From Anthoceros angustus (lineage: Eukaryota > Plantae > Anthocerotophyta): a stretch of 64,000 nucleotides of DNA. The stretch spans positions 1,612,001 through 1,676,000 of the forward strand of contig MU008170.1 of assembly GCA_010909165.1 (NCBI GenBank), written 5' to 3'. Made by a program: the position numbers and the translations under genes. Positions within the stretch are counted from its first letter, which is position 1, and each line of letters starts with the position of its first letter. Shown piece after piece: positions 60,401 to 64,000 of the stretch. The notes beneath the pieces are model-generated. The model saw only the letters and a list, made by a program, of their open reading frames with translations. It did not search any database and was not told the origin of the DNA.

Positions 60401-61126
60401 TCAGGTGAGCGCGTCTTGACGTCTTCACATGATGGGACAGTGAAGATGTGGGATGTTAGGACAAACAACAGCGTTGCCACAGTAGCCCGAGACACCAGTG
60501 CCGTTCTTTGTCTAGACTATGATGACAGCACTGGCGTTCTGGTGGCAGCTGGAACACAGGGAGATGTGACTGTGTCTGATGTTAGAGCTGGAAAGCTGAG
60601 GCACAGGCTCACAGGTCACACAAATTGGGTAAGATCCCTCCGGCTGGTGGGAGACACCATAGTGACGGGGAGCGATGACTGGACAGCCAGGGTATGGTCC
60701 GTCTCGCAGGGTTCCTGTGAGACTGTCCTCACTTGCCATGCAGGAGGCATCACCAGTGTGGAGTACGCTACAGCTTACAACAGCATCGTAACAGGGTCAG
60801 CAGATGGCCTGGTACGAATCTGGGAACGGCTCGATGGAGAGCTGTGTTGTGTGAAGGTGTTGGGAGTCCATTCCTCCACAATTCTTTCCATTAAATCAAG
60901 TGAGCGATGCCTGGCCATCGGAGCAGCTGACAACTCTCTATCTCTATGCCATCGTCCCAGCGGTTCCCACAGCCCCAACAGCATGGCAGAATGGCAGCTA
61001 CAGCGAACGTCTCCCCGAAGTGCTGCCGTGGTGAGGGCAATCGCAGCCGATATTGAAAGGAGCCGCATATGTACTGGAGCTCGCAATGGCTTCATTCGAC
61101 TGTGGGAGCCTATGGGCACCGGTTAA
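57443..61126 (+). CDS. SCD1: DENN-domain and WD40-repeat protein SCD1, intronless
   Basis: MSRLLDYFVVCGLGPE N-terminal uDENN/DENN (WQHVYIP, APTPYLMG) with C-terminal WD40 repeats, in a single ~1227-aa ORF. Confidence 0.93.
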   Translation: MSRLLDYFVVCGLGPELRSIDGPKGYNGTSVMYLPALLDQYPPASAGSSEVPPLPPQIELCVMPVGVAFHSTGFSPTDEASFPRSYPIVLTAGDGSKCYVTCVAFRDPVEEDVAEAYGFPANCYADKCICIVSRVACFQVFRDSLEELHRACFAPAGCSRPIWEIVKHIVTAVPRPFPGKSSVLFSVESSLLAVEVPPENGLPHASMSFQPLVQSLDVDNLIFFFTAILLERRVLLRASKFSLLTTVAEAVCHLLFPLQWQHVYIPVLPCGGGVDYIYAPTPYLMGLHSSVDTTGETLDGVVVVDLDRNKITSQEDIPEIPEPEIEYLRAGLLQLTCPSLMYLDRALRCNPASTFSDDASLRLAAKLWGPEHDREFRLVFLKFFANILSGYRDFVVRDFVGSPTSMSSNVFNTKAFLKKRTRNTSRLVEPMLEEFLNSQGFANFLARGDDTLQGGMNILDMVQDAMANGQNVSYLFPEVSTDLEIITVSDAAYQSGVTRARHCYDRFPSDLRTPEQEEERKELLAAAGANLLAAQSAVSSPVEMPRMEVVKERVGEREIMVLDIKTKLLDLWRRLLMLESDDDPLLSREYGTLLALIESDAEGIGGTGLVECIREHLATGWHGKVSEEQFIAVKELMKATVSRATSRNDLSTVQDALTLCAEIFREENGHITDYVERHIGVLPVWDELRFWEGYFDTIMDKSADQSGNYSAIVLEQLTVLAQHMAGLGLPDAEAWYMLEVIALKNNLHSKQLMKLRGLLAHIKQIKQGYWGQLPGRPQLSSFHTLELRKQEPEPEDRQVPDDSQQVAEAAGRSWVSSMFARDKATLSKSVSKHARSQSDIPPSLSSGDSLKSARQKIPDAPAPPPKRGSSGVRLLKGHKASVTALYAGTADDKGDSSSRGDFEDARYFISGSADCLVKIWDPSSRGNELKATFVGHTGPVRAISSDRVRVVSGSDDLKVLVWDKSTAKLLEELKGHEGKVTSVRMLSGERVLTSSHDGTVKMWDVRTNNSVATVARDTSAVLCLDYDDSTGVLVAAGTQGDVTVSDVRAGKLRHRLTGHTNWVRSLRLVGDTIVTGSDDWTARVWSVSQGSCETVLTCHAGGITSVEYATAYNSIVTGSADGLVRIWERLDGELCCVKVLGVHSSTILSIKSSERCLAIGAADNSLSLCHRPSGSHSPNSMAEWQLQRTSPRSAAVVRAIAADIERSRICTGARNGFIRLWEPMGTG

Positions 61127-61822
61127 AGCTGGAGCTCCTGCTCCTGCAGATTCTGTCGAAGCTACATTTGTTTCATCACATTCTTTGTAATTCTTTCCTC
61201 CATTAGCCGAGGCGCCCTTTTGAAGATTGAGACAGAGCAACTAATTTTCCAGTCAAGGAGGCTCTCCAGCAACAACGTGAACCTTCCCTCATGTTGGGCT
61301 CGTGACAATGTCAGGACTCTCCATACCAGACCCCCACCGCACGAATACAAGGCACAGTTATTATCACAACTGCTTTCTATCCTACCACCGTGAACTTGCA
61401 TTGAGGGCCAAGAGCATCCAGCTTCCAAGCCTGGCAGCAGCCACTTGCAGGATTCCTCTCCTCAGAACAAGGTACCGGGAAACGGATTAGAAACGTGTAA
61501 GAAGCGTGACGACGGCGCCCACAAGAGAGAAGCGTGTGCTGCGGGCAGCCTGGGGATAAGCGAAGACGGTATGGAATGTTGAGCAAGACGACAAACAGCA
61601 TGCACAAAGCTCGCCTGAGCAACAGGGCCATCAGGATCTCTTGGCTTGTAGATGCGGCCCAGCGAGCTGTAGCTGCCTTGGCGGCGCACTCGGCGAATTT
61701 CACACAGCATTGTGTGGGCTGCAGCAGCAGCATCTCTTTAAGCGGAATGGAGTGACGGACTGCTGAGAGACGGACGGAAATTTGGGAGCGGCTGCACCCG
61801 GGTGTTGGGTGATTCGGAGAAG

Positions 61823-63929
<2,107 letters not shown>

Positions 63930-64000
63930 GTGATCTTGCATTCTTCACTTGACTGGCGGTGGCTTCAACTTGGCCAATATTGTTTGACAGACATGTTATC

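Noticed and set aside
50256-61126. Prokaryotic or contaminant origin of the dense intronless gene run
   Set aside because: The genes are eukaryote-specific (SCD1, EMC4, Sec61gamma, RH10) and are interleaved with spliced plant genes.

Overview
Eukaryotic nuclear DNA from a compact land-plant genome. Introns are short (mostly 80-170 nt), and a PLS-class PPR gene carries the elongated 'LL' motifs typical of hornworts and ferns, so a hornwort-like bryophyte is my best inference. The left arm (1-24 kb) holds acetyl-CoA synthetase (partial), a 15-exon true inward-rectifier (Kir/IRK) K+ channel, a repeat-borne intronless double-AP2 gene, a bacterial/fungal-type DUF1348 gene, a PPR editing-factor gene whose spliced N-terminus carries an OSB-type PDF ssDNA-binding motif, a DnaJ, a phosphoglycerate-mutase-family phosphatase, a proline-rich wall protein and MetRS. 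The middle (about 26-48 kb) is a nested transposon island (Gypsy, an RT-deleted Copia with LTRs and TSD, other inserts, and a second AP2 copy) lying inside a broken valyl-tRNA synthetase gene. It contains several microhomology-bounded tandem duplications that may be partly assembly artefact. The right arm holds DEAD-box RH10/RRP3, a PRXL2A-like protein, Sec61gamma and EMC4 head-to-head, intronless SCD1 and phytoene desaturase (partial). Gene models were spliced by hand; no database searches were run.
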